A program made the translations under genes and the position numbers. From Bacillota bacterium (GTDB taxonomy: Bacteria > Bacillota > Clostridia > DUPQ01): DNA of 64,000 bases. Under the pieces are notes generated by a model. It saw only the letters and a program-made list of their open reading frames with translations. It was not told the origin of the DNA and searched no databases. Positions 29,981 through 38,610 of the stretch are shown piece by piece. The stretch spans positions 118,138 through 182,137 of the forward strand of contig JAKJBR010000001.1 in assembly GCA_022706885.1 (NCBI GenBank), in the 5' to 3' direction. Position 1 is the stretch's first letter; each line of letters begins with the position of its first letter.

Positions 29981-31090
29981 TCACTTTAAGTTTTCGGGGT
30001 TAAGACAGTGAAGTTCTTCCACCGTGAATATACCGTTTTTGCGTATTAACCTGTCATCAAACATGATTTCTCCTCCGCCGTACTGTTCGGTCTGTATGCA
30101 CACCAAATCCCAATGAATGGCGGAATCATTGCCGTTGGGTGCTTCGTCATAGCAGGCACCGGGGGTAAAATGGAAAGATCCGCATATCTTTTCATCAAAC
30201 AAAGTGTCTTTCATGGGATCTAATATATACGGATTTACACCTATTGCAAACTCACCTACATACCTTGCGCCTTCGTCGGTATCTAATATCTTGTTTAAAT
30301 GCTCGGTATAGTTGGCTGTAGCTTTTACAATTTTACCTTTTTCAAATTCCAGACGGATATTTTCAAATGTCTTACCTTCACTGACCGAAGGAGTGTTAAA
30401 GGTTACATAACCGTTTACCGAGTCTTTTACCGGAGCGGTAAATACTTCTCCGTCGGGTATATTCATTTCACCGGCACATTTTATAGCGGGAATATTCTTT
30501 ATGGAAAAAGTCAAATCGGTACCTTCTCCCTTTATATGCACTTTATCGGTTTTGTTCATAAGTTCCACCAGATTATCCATTGCGTCACTCATTTTTTGAT
30601 AATCCAGCGTACATACATCGTAATAGAAATCGGTAAACTTTTCGGTATTCATTCCGGCAAGCTGAGCCATGGACTCATTGGGGTACCGCAGCACACACCA
30701 CTTTGTATATTTGACTCTTCGGTCAAAGGAAGGCTTCAATATTTTAGATGCCAGGGACAGTTTTTCCGAAGGAACGGTACTTATCTCATATATGTTTTTA
30801 CTTGCCCGTATGGCTATATATGCATCCATCTTCTTCATGAAGTTCAGGTCCCGCTCGTTCATTATTTCCAGCTGCTCTTCCGTTATATGCTCATACAGTT
30901 TCGGGGACAGGGACGAGTCGGATATCTGTACAAAAGGCAGAGCTTTTGCCTGATATGCCTTTTCCACCAGCCTCTTAACCAGGTCGTTATCGATCTCGGA
31001 GACGGAAATGAGTATCTTCTCTCCTTCTTTAAGTCTGCAGGAATAGTTGATTAATAAATCTGCCAGTTTTTCGTTTCTCGGATCTTTCAT
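29981..31090 (-). CDS. M29-family aminopeptidase (AmpS/PepS-like)
   Basis: ORF 29981..31153 trimmed to ATG 31090 (MKDPRNEKLADLL); aminopeptidase T-like sequence pattern. Confidence 0.7.
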   Translation of the reverse strand: MKDPRNEKLADLLINYSCRLKEGEKILISVSEIDNDLVKRLVEKAYQAKALPFVQISDSSLSPKLYEHITEEQLEIMNERDLNFMKKMDAYIAIRASKNIYEISTVPSEKLSLASKILKPSFDRRVKYTKWCVLRYPNESMAQLAGMNTEKFTDFYYDVCTLDYQKMSDAMDNLVELMNKTDKVHIKGEGTDLTFSIKNIPAIKCAGEMNIPDGEVFTAPVKDSVNGYVTFNTPSVSEGKTFENIRLEFEKGKIVKATANYTEHLNKILDTDEGARYVGEFAIGVNPYILDPMKDTLFDEKICGSFHFTPGACYDEAPNGNDSAIHWDLVCIQTEQYGGGEIMFDDRLIRKNGIFTVEELHCLNPENLK

Positions 31091-31203
31091 TTTTTCTTCT
31101 TTCTTATCAACAAAATATATTTGAATATATATTATCATAAAACATAACATCATTGATTGTAAATAAGGCGAGTATCCATTAAACTTAACATAGCAGGAGG
31201 TAT

Positions 31204-32079
31204 TTGCGCATGAAGAAATGTGATATTTTAGTTCCGATATTCACACCGTTTAAAAAAGATCAGACCGTGGATTATAAGGCGCTGAAAAAACTTGTAAGAT
31301 ATGTGTTGGATAAAGGAGCCGACGGACTGTATACAACCGGCAGTTCCGCGGAGACCTTTCTTCTGACTGAAGAAGAAAGAATGAAAACGCTGGAAGTAGC
31401 CGCAAAAGAAGCAAACGGAGCGACTGTTGTGGCACATGTGGGCACACCCGGTACGGCGTTAGCCGTAATGTATGCGAAACATGCAAAAAGCATGGGCGTT
31501 GATGCGGTAGCTTCGGTTCCTCCGTTCTATTACTTACACGGACATAAGGCTATAAAAAAGTACTATACCGATATAGCGGATGCATGCGGCTTAAAGATGA
31601 TGATATACAACATTCCCGGTGCTACGGGTGTGGATATGTCGGTAGACCAGATAAACGATTTGTTGTCCGATGACAGGATTTACTCCATTAAATATACCGC
31701 TGCCGATTACTATGTGTTAAACAGAATAGCGGTTGCATCAAAAAAACCGATATACAGCGGCAAGGATGAAGCTTTCGCTTCCGCTTTAATGGCGGGAGCA
31801 ACCGGTGCTATCGGAACAACAATGAACATATATCCGCAGGCTTTTGTACAGATAAAAGCCGCCTTTGACAAAAAAGACATTGCTTCGGCACAAAAATTAC
31901 AGACAAAACTGAACAACATTATACAACCCATGATTGAAAGCGGTGCGGTTATTCAGGCTATGAAATATGTGTCAAAACTTGCGGGAATTAATTGCGGAGA
32001 GGCAAGAAGGCCTTTTAAGAATCTTACGGCGGAAGACAAGAAAAAACTGGAGCAGGCAGTAAGGGATAATGCGTTCTAA
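31204..32079 (+). CDS. nanA: N-acetylneuraminate lyase (DHDPS/NAL family)
   Basis: 291 aa; close pattern match to E. coli NanA as I recall it (DGLYTTGSSAETF, AHVG, DAVASVPPFYY, YNIPGATGV, AQKLQTKLNNII, ARRPF). Confidence 0.75.
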   Translation: MRMKKCDILVPIFTPFKKDQTVDYKALKKLVRYVLDKGADGLYTTGSSAETFLLTEEERMKTLEVAAKEANGATVVAHVGTPGTALAVMYAKHAKSMGVDAVASVPPFYYLHGHKAIKKYYTDIADACGLKMMIYNIPGATGVDMSVDQINDLLSDDRIYSIKYTAADYYVLNRIAVASKKPIYSGKDEAFASALMAGATGAIGTTMNIYPQAFVQIKAAFDKKDIASAQKLQTKLNNIIQPMIESGAVIQAMKYVSKLAGINCGEARRPFKNLTAEDKKKLEQAVRDNAF

Positions 32080-32749
32080 AAGAAAAAAGAAAAAGAAAAA
32101 CAGATTACAAAAGGCAATAGCGATTATTTTACTGATTTCGGCACTGCTGTTTACGTCATTACAGCTTTATGTAATGCTTTATCCTCTGTCCGATATATTT
32201 GACAGTGTTGAGCAGTTGGGAAAGATTGAAAGACCTCAGGCCGTTCTTGTACTGGGAGCGGGGGTATATGCAAGCGGGAATCCTTCACCCGTACTTAAAG
32301 ACAGGCTGGATTACGCATATCAGGTATATGAATACTATGACGGAAAGATTGCTGTTATAGTGTCGGGGGACAACGGCACCGTTGAGTACAACGAAACGAA
32401 GGCCATGTATGATTACCTTATATCCAAAGGTGTGAACGCAGACGATATCTACAGAGATTATGCGGGATTCAACACTTATGACAGCATATACAGAGCGGGC
32501 TATATCTTCAAAGTGCAAAGCATAATAATATGCACACAGAGATTCCATATTTACAGAGCATTGTATATAGCAAAAAGGCTGGGCTTTAAAGCATACGGAT
32601 ATGCAGCGGAGAACAAGAGCATATACAATATGACGTATAATCATATAAGGGAGAGTTTAGCCAGGATAAAGGCCGTTCTGGAAACGGATATTATGAAAAG
32701 ACAGCCCAAATATCTCGGTGACCCCATACCGGTAAAACAGTACGAGTAG
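32069..32749 (+). CDS. SanA/YdcF/ElyC (DUF218) family membrane-anchored protein
   Basis: 226 aa; N-terminal TM; DUF218 core VLVLGAGVYASGNPSPVLKDRLDYA...VSGDNG. Confidence 0.65.
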   Translation: MRSKRKKKKKNRLQKAIAIILLISALLFTSLQLYVMLYPLSDIFDSVEQLGKIERPQAVLVLGAGVYASGNPSPVLKDRLDYAYQVYEYYDGKIAVIVSGDNGTVEYNETKAMYDYLISKGVNADDIYRDYAGFNTYDSIYRAGYIFKVQSIIICTQRFHIYRALYIAKRLGFKAYGYAAENKSIYNMTYNHIRESLARIKAVLETDIMKRQPKYLGDPIPVKQYE

Positions 32750-32806
32750 TGATTTATGCAGTTATATAAGCAGTGTATATGCACCGTGTTTTAAAGAGGT
32801 GGCAAA

Positions 32807-34546
32807 ATGGAAGATTTCAGATACATTGACAGAGGAAAACCTATACCCAGGGAGCAGTATACCGACCAGCCGTATGTCGTGGTTGCGGATGACGGAGCAT
32901 GGGTCTGCGTTCTGACAACCGCATACGGACAGGAAGGAGCGGCCGGAACACATGTTGGTATAACCGTAAGTTATGACCGGGGCAATACCTGGACCGATCT
33001 GTACTTTCCGGAAGGCGATGATTTAAGAGAGTCGGCTTACGGAGTGTTGCTGAAAACATCGTTTAACAGGATTTACTGTTTCTATAATTTCAATAAAAAC
33101 AACTTAAGAAATCTGATATGCAGAAAAGAGCGTCTGTCTCACAGAGTGGATATGCAGGGAGCTTTCGTATTCAGATACTCCGATGACTCGGGAAAGACCT
33201 GGTCGGAAAGATACGAAGTACCTATAAGAGAAACAAAGATAGACAGAGAAAATCCGTACGGAGGGAAAGTTCGCATGTTCTGGACCGTGGGCAAACCTTT
33301 TATACTGGACAATGACGGCTACGTTATAATCCACAAGATAGGCGATATGCTTACCGTATCCGAAGGCTGGCTGTTAAGAGCGGTTAATATGAACATTGAG
33401 AAAGATCCCAATAAGCTTGTGTGGGAAACACTGCCCGACGGCGATATAGGACTTATTACCCCTAAGGGCGGCGGATTGATTGCCGAAGAACAATCCATGG
33501 TTGTATTAAGCGATAAAAGTATTTACTGTGTATACCGTTCTATAGACGGTCATCCGGTGGAAACATACAGTCGAGACAAAGGACATACATGGGAGCAACC
33601 GCAATACAAAAGGTATGCCGACAATAGATTGATGAAACATCCGAGAGCGGCAAACTTCGTATGGAAGTGTAAAAACGGCAAATACCTGTACTGGTACCAC
33701 AACAACGGAAGCAAATGGTATGAAAACAGAAATCCGGCATTTTTATGTTCCGGTATCGAATATGACACAAAAGAAGGCAGGAGGATAAAGTGGTCGCAGC
33801 CGGAAGTGCTTTTATATCATGAAGATCCCGGTGTCAGAATGAGTTATCCGGATTTCATAGAGGATAGCGACAAATACTACATTACCGAAACACAAAAACT
33901 CGATGCAAGAGTGCATGAAATACCGGAAAAATTCCTGCAAAGCCTTTGGAATCAGTTTGAGTCATCGGATATAACCGATGAGGGGTTACTTTCAGAAAGC
34001 GAAGGCAAATCGGTAATTGATATGCCGGAACTTCCCGTATTCTGTATCACCGACAGGAAGAGTCACATATTTGCAACAAAGAGTACCGAAAGCGGAGTTA
34101 CCTTCGAGCTTATATACAAAGCGGGAACGGGAAAGAGAAAGATATTAGACAGCAGGGATGCTTCGGGAAAAGGAGTGCTGATAGAACAGATATGCGACTG
34201 CAGAATTAATATATTAATGAATGACGGTGTAAATACCTGTTACCGGAGTTCCGATAAATATATGCTGAAACCCGATCAGATAAACCATATAGCCATAATA
34301 ATTGACGGAGGTCCCAATATAGTTTCCTATGTCATCAACGGAATGTACAATGACGGAGGTCAGGACAGAATATTCGGTTTCGGTCGGTTCAGCACATACT
34401 TCAAGGATATGAACGGAAAAACAAAAGCATGTGTGTGTAAGAATGTTTTGAAGTTAAGAATATATGGCAGAGCACTTTTGACTTCCGAAATTATATCCAA
34501 CGGAAGAGGCTACAAAAAAGGGGGTAAATATGAAAAATACGATTGA
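32807..34546 (+). CDS. BNR/Asp-box repeat sialidase-like glycoside hydrolase with C-terminal lectin-like region; no signal peptide
   Basis: 579 aa; three S-x-D-x-G-x-T-W Asp-boxes (SYDRGNTW, SDDSGKTW, SRDKGHTW); adjacent to nanA. Confidence 0.55.
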   Translation: MEDFRYIDRGKPIPREQYTDQPYVVVADDGAWVCVLTTAYGQEGAAGTHVGITVSYDRGNTWTDLYFPEGDDLRESAYGVLLKTSFNRIYCFYNFNKNNLRNLICRKERLSHRVDMQGAFVFRYSDDSGKTWSERYEVPIRETKIDRENPYGGKVRMFWTVGKPFILDNDGYVIIHKIGDMLTVSEGWLLRAVNMNIEKDPNKLVWETLPDGDIGLITPKGGGLIAEEQSMVVLSDKSIYCVYRSIDGHPVETYSRDKGHTWEQPQYKRYADNRLMKHPRAANFVWKCKNGKYLYWYHNNGSKWYENRNPAFLCSGIEYDTKEGRRIKWSQPEVLLYHEDPGVRMSYPDFIEDSDKYYITETQKLDARVHEIPEKFLQSLWNQFESSDITDEGLLSESEGKSVIDMPELPVFCITDRKSHIFATKSTESGVTFELIYKAGTGKRKILDSRDASGKGVLIEQICDCRINILMNDGVNTCYRSSDKYMLKPDQINHIAIIIDGGPNIVSYVINGMYNDGGQDRIFGFGRFSTYFKDMNGKTKACVCKNVLKLRIYGRALLTSEIISNGRGYKKGGKYEKYD

Positions 34547-35495
34547 TATAACGGAAAAGGTAATGATTAACGGGATACAACAGAAGATTCATATTATAGG
34601 AACAGACAGCGTTAATCCCGTTGTACTCTTTATCCACGGAGGACCCGGTGTAGTGGACAGACATAACGTAATGAAGCATATGTTAGATATAACTGACAAA
34701 GTGACAATAGCGGGATGGGACCAAAGAGGTACCGGCGGAAGCTATAAAGGGGCAAAGAAAGAGGATATGAATTTGGATACCTTTGTGGAGGACGCAAGGG
34801 AGATTACGGAATATCTTTGTAAAAAATTCAATAAAGACAAGATATACATACAGGGACATTCATGGGGATCCTGCGTAGGCACAATGCTGGTATACAGATA
34901 TCCTGAGAATATAAAAGCGTATTTCGGACAGGGGCAACTTGTGAACGGGATAAGAAATGAAGAGAAAAGTTATGACTACGTGCTGGAAAAAGCAAAGGCT
35001 GCCGGTAATGAGAAAGATGTGCAGAAGCTTCTGGAAATAAAAAGACCGGTAGAGGGGCTTTATGCAGGCGATCCGATAAAGGGATTGATGGAACAGAGAA
35101 AACTTTTATCAAAATACGGCGGTGCAACATTCAAATGCTCATCAATGTGGAAGAGTACCGTTAAACCGATACTTTTCTCAAAGGAGTACACATTGTGCGA
35201 CATAGCCGGCGTTTTAAAAGGCTACAGTTTTTCTCTGAAAAACATGTGGGAAGATATAGTTAAGCTGGACTTTTCCCAAGAGTATACAAAGTTTTCCGTT
35301 CCCATGTTTTATCTGATAGGAGCTTCCGATTACAATACACCGTTTGAACTGTCGTATGAATACTATAAAACCGTAGAGGCTCCGCTTAAAGACTATATAT
35401 GGTTTAACCGATCAAGCCACAGTCCGTTAGCGGAAGAGCCGGAGAAGTTCAGTAAAACTCTTGCGGAAAAAATACTGCAGGTGGAAGCGATGTAG
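34530..35495 (+). CDS. alpha/beta hydrolase, prolyl aminopeptidase (S33) family
   Basis: 321 aa; FIHGGPG and GHSWGS motifs. Confidence 0.7.
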   Translation: MKNTIDITEKVMINGIQQKIHIIGTDSVNPVVLFIHGGPGVVDRHNVMKHMLDITDKVTIAGWDQRGTGGSYKGAKKEDMNLDTFVEDAREITEYLCKKFNKDKIYIQGHSWGSCVGTMLVYRYPENIKAYFGQGQLVNGIRNEEKSYDYVLEKAKAAGNEKDVQKLLEIKRPVEGLYAGDPIKGLMEQRKLLSKYGGATFKCSSMWKSTVKPILFSKEYTLCDIAGVLKGYSFSLKNMWEDIVKLDFSQEYTKFSVPMFYLIGASDYNTPFELSYEYYKTVEAPLKDYIWFNRSSHSPLAEEPEKFSKTLAEKILQVEAM

Positions 35496-35613
35496 GTCAG
35501 GGCAGGAACTTGCTTTACATGCACAATATAGCAATAGGCGATAAGATAAAATGTTTAAAAAACACTCATTCAGTGATAAAATAGGCAATACAAAATGAGC
35601 AGGACGGGAAATA

Positions 35614-35880
35614 ATGCTAATATACGGCAAACTTATCAAGAACAATTTAATACTGGTTGAAGAAAAAGCCGAATGTGTCAATCCCGACATGAACTTTCAG
35701 CAAAGACTCACAAACTGTCTTGTGGACATATGCAAGAAGATGGATATACAGGTTCCGGTATGGATGAGTAAAAACACCAAAGAGCTTGCGCGATTCAACA
35801 AGACATTTTTCACCGATGAGCAGTTTATGGAGAAAGTATACTTTGACCGATTTGAAATAGAGATGAAGAGGAAGGATTAA
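35614..35880 (+). CDS. hypothetical protein (88 aa)
   Basis: ORF with RBS; no recognisable motifs. Confidence 0.35.
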   Translation: MLIYGKLIKNNLILVEEKAECVNPDMNFQQRLTNCLVDICKKMDIQVPVWMSKNTKELARFNKTFFTDEQFMEKVYFDRFEIEMKRKD

Positions 35881-35881
35881 G

Positions 35882-36664
35882 ATGAAGAATAAAATATTTA
35901 AAACATTAACTCTTGTTTTATTGATATCGTTGCTTTGTACGACCTTAACCGGATGCAAAATACAGCTTAGCGAAGATGAATATACGGTCGGTGAAATACC
36001 GAAAGGGTCCTACCGCCTGGTATACTACATAGTAAACGAAGATCAGAATATTGACGGAGACCTCACATTCAAGTATGTAACAGACGGGAACATAACAAAA
36101 ATGCAGTCATATGCGGAGTTTGACATGTGGCAATACAGAGCACAGGTCATATTCGATACCGATACTCTTATTCCGTCTTCTTCGTACAAATCCAATGTTT
36201 TCTATTCCGGAAAAGAAAAAGACTGGTCGGTAAGAACCGACTATACGAAAGAAAAGGCAACTATAAAAGCGATTCAGGAAGACAAGCAAGCGGATAAGGA
36301 AGTAGCAAAGCCTGCACGATATCTTGACAATGAAATGATTAACCTGACACTCGGGTTAATTGAGATTGAGCAAGGCGATAAGGTGTACATAAATGTGCTT
36401 GTAAACGAAAGTGCAATGTTTGCTCCTTATGGAGTAACCAATCAGACGATGGAAACAATTACCGTTAACGGTAAGTCTTATGAGTGTGTCAAGTACTCTG
36501 CCAAGTATGCGGGATTTTCCTTATTCACGGCAAGAGAAAGCTATTTTTGGTATACAAACGACCGAGACAGAAGATTGGTGAAATTTGTAAGCGGCTCTCA
36601 GATAATGACTTTAAAAGAAATTATAGAGGTGCCGGCTGATGACCCGTGGTTATTTGGTGAATAA
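35882..36664 (+). CDS. hypothetical lipoprotein
   Basis: 260 aa; lipobox LTGC. Confidence 0.5.
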   Translation: MKNKIFKTLTLVLLISLLCTTLTGCKIQLSEDEYTVGEIPKGSYRLVYYIVNEDQNIDGDLTFKYVTDGNITKMQSYAEFDMWQYRAQVIFDTDTLIPSSSYKSNVFYSGKEKDWSVRTDYTKEKATIKAIQEDKQADKEVAKPARYLDNEMINLTLGLIEIEQGDKVYINVLVNESAMFAPYGVTNQTMETITVNGKSYECVKYSAKYAGFSLFTARESYFWYTNDRDRRLVKFVSGSQIMTLKEIIEVPADDPWLFGE

Positions 36665-37233
36665 TGAAACCTGATGATTTTTTACAATGGCTGCATGTTA
36701 TAGAGAAGATGAAATGCAATTTTCGGCATTCAAAGACATCCTGCGGAAGAGAGGAATCGGTTGCGGAACACTCCTACCGGCTCATACTTATGGCATATGT
36801 ATTAAAAGACACTATACCCGATGTGGACATGGACAGAGTTGTGGAAATGTGTATTGTTCATGACATAGGCGAAGCGATAACGGGGGATATACCTTCTTTC
36901 AGGAAAACAAAAGAAGATGATAAAAAAGAAATGGAGCAGGTGCTGGAATTTATACGGCAGCTTCCGGAAGAACGCTATCAGCATATCAAAGAACTCTTTT
37001 CCGAGATAGAGCAAAAGAAGACAAAAGAGGCGATAGTCTTTAAAGCATTGGATAAAATGGAAGCGGTTATACAGCATAATGAGGCGGACATATCTACCTG
37101 GTTGGATATAGAGTATGAGCTGCAGAAAACCTACGGCACAGAAGAAGCACAGGTTTGTGAATTCTTAAAGACCCTAAGAAATCAGGTACTGAAAGATACC
37201 GAAGAAAAGATAGAGAAAAGTAAAAGAGAGTAG
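36664..37233 (+). CDS. HD-domain phosphohydrolase (YfbR-like)
   Basis: 189 aa; HD motif CIVHDIGEAITGD and upstream H..EH; start overlaps previous stop. Confidence 0.7.
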   Translation: MKPDDFLQWLHVIEKMKCNFRHSKTSCGREESVAEHSYRLILMAYVLKDTIPDVDMDRVVEMCIVHDIGEAITGDIPSFRKTKEDDKKEMEQVLEFIRQLPEERYQHIKELFSEIEQKKTKEAIVFKALDKMEAVIQHNEADISTWLDIEYELQKTYGTEEAQVCEFLKTLRNQVLKDTEEKIEKSKRE

Positions 37234-37387
37234 TTTTTTACATATTGACTTTTTGCAATATTTCGTGATTAACGGAATGAGATTCCGAAAAAATTGTCGG
37301 AATTCTTTCTTATAGTATAAAAAAAAGCATTTTTGTCAGTAGACATATATCGGCAATAACAATAGCATGATACTCGAAAGGAGTATT

Positions 37388-38560
37388 ATGAAGAAATTTA
37401 CATCTTTATTGCTTGTCATATGCTTAATACCGGCAGCCGGAGTATGCGGTGTTAATGCTCAGGCTGCAGGTTCACGGTTTAGCGATGTGCAATCATCCCA
37501 GTGGTTTTTTGAACCGGTCATACAGTTGTACGGAATGAATATTATAAACGGATATCCCGATAACACATTCAAACCCGACGGCAATGTCAAAGCCGATGAG
37601 TTGATAAAAATGATAATAAAAGCGCTGGGTTTTGATATAGGTAATGCTGAAGGTTACTGGGCTCAAAATTACATAGATAAAGCAGGTGATATTAAGCTTT
37701 TGGAAGGATTTGACGGTGAATATCAAAAAGAGATTAACAGAGGGCAGGCAGCCTTGCTTATCTCCAATGCCATGACATACCTTAAGGAGCCGGAATTTTA
37801 TTCGGAAAAGATATATCCGTTTGATTTGGGCGCATATACACCTGATAAGTATAAAGAGCATATAAAAAAGTGCTACAATGCGGGAGTTATTAACGGGTTT
37901 GAAGATTTCACTTTCCGATTCAATGAGACGCTTACCAGAGCACAGGCCTGCACCTTATTAATCAAGCTTATCGATAAAACAAAGAGAGATACCTCGGTGA
38001 GATTCGATTGCTCGTTTTTGGATAATACAACCAAAGATAATGTGCAATACAAGGGTGTTACATATGAGGAATTATCCGATGTTATAAAATCCACTCTAAC
38101 AGAAGTAAAGGATGATATCGGGTATATAGTGGTGGAAAAAAGAGTTTATGAGACCAAGAATACATATGAGATCCGATACCACAAATCCGCCATAAATACC
38201 AACCCCACATATTGTTTGTTTGCTTTCAGGTTTTTTGGAGGTCCGTCGGGATATACCGAAACACAGTGGGGTTACGATACAATGTTTTTAAAGTTGGAAC
38301 TGAAGAAGTTTAACTGGGATGACGGTATACCCGATAGCTTCTATAAGAGTAAAGTTAAAAATGCACTGTGTGCAGCTTTATCCGAACATAATCCTTATGA
38401 TATAGCGGATTATGTAATAGACAGATATGTATTTTTACGTGCTTTAAAACCTTGGGATGCATATAACCTGTTGGAAGACAATTCCAATGAAACATTGAGG
38501 TATGTCTTTTTCACTATGCACAATGTAATAGGCAATTTTACTTTTTCAAATAAAAAATGA
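37388..38560 (+). CDS. S-layer-homology (SLH) domain cell-wall-anchored protein
   Basis: ORF 37367..38560 trimmed to ATG 37388; signal peptide; SLH-like segments FSDVQSSQWFFEPV...GYPDNTFKPDGNVKADEL. Confidence 0.6.
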   Translation: MKKFTSLLLVICLIPAAGVCGVNAQAAGSRFSDVQSSQWFFEPVIQLYGMNIINGYPDNTFKPDGNVKADELIKMIIKALGFDIGNAEGYWAQNYIDKAGDIKLLEGFDGEYQKEINRGQAALLISNAMTYLKEPEFYSEKIYPFDLGAYTPDKYKEHIKKCYNAGVINGFEDFTFRFNETLTRAQACTLLIKLIDKTKRDTSVRFDCSFLDNTTKDNVQYKGVTYEELSDVIKSTLTEVKDDIGYIVVEKRVYETKNTYEIRYHKSAINTNPTYCLFAFRFFGGPSGYTETQWGYDTMFLKLELKKFNWDDGIPDSFYKSKVKNALCAALSEHNPYDIADYVIDRYVFLRALKPWDAYNLLEDNSNETLRYVFFTMHNVIGNFTFSNKK

Positions 38561-38610
38561 AAAGGTAAGTATAGAGCAAAATAAATAGCGCAACTTATGG
38601 AGAAGATAAC

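Noticed and set aside
29218-30003. 261-aa plus-strand ORF and other plus-strand ORFs inside the GT4-pyruvyltransferase gene
   Set aside because: Antisense to a gene with clear two-domain homology. The product is low-complexity, Phe/Lys-rich and AT-driven.
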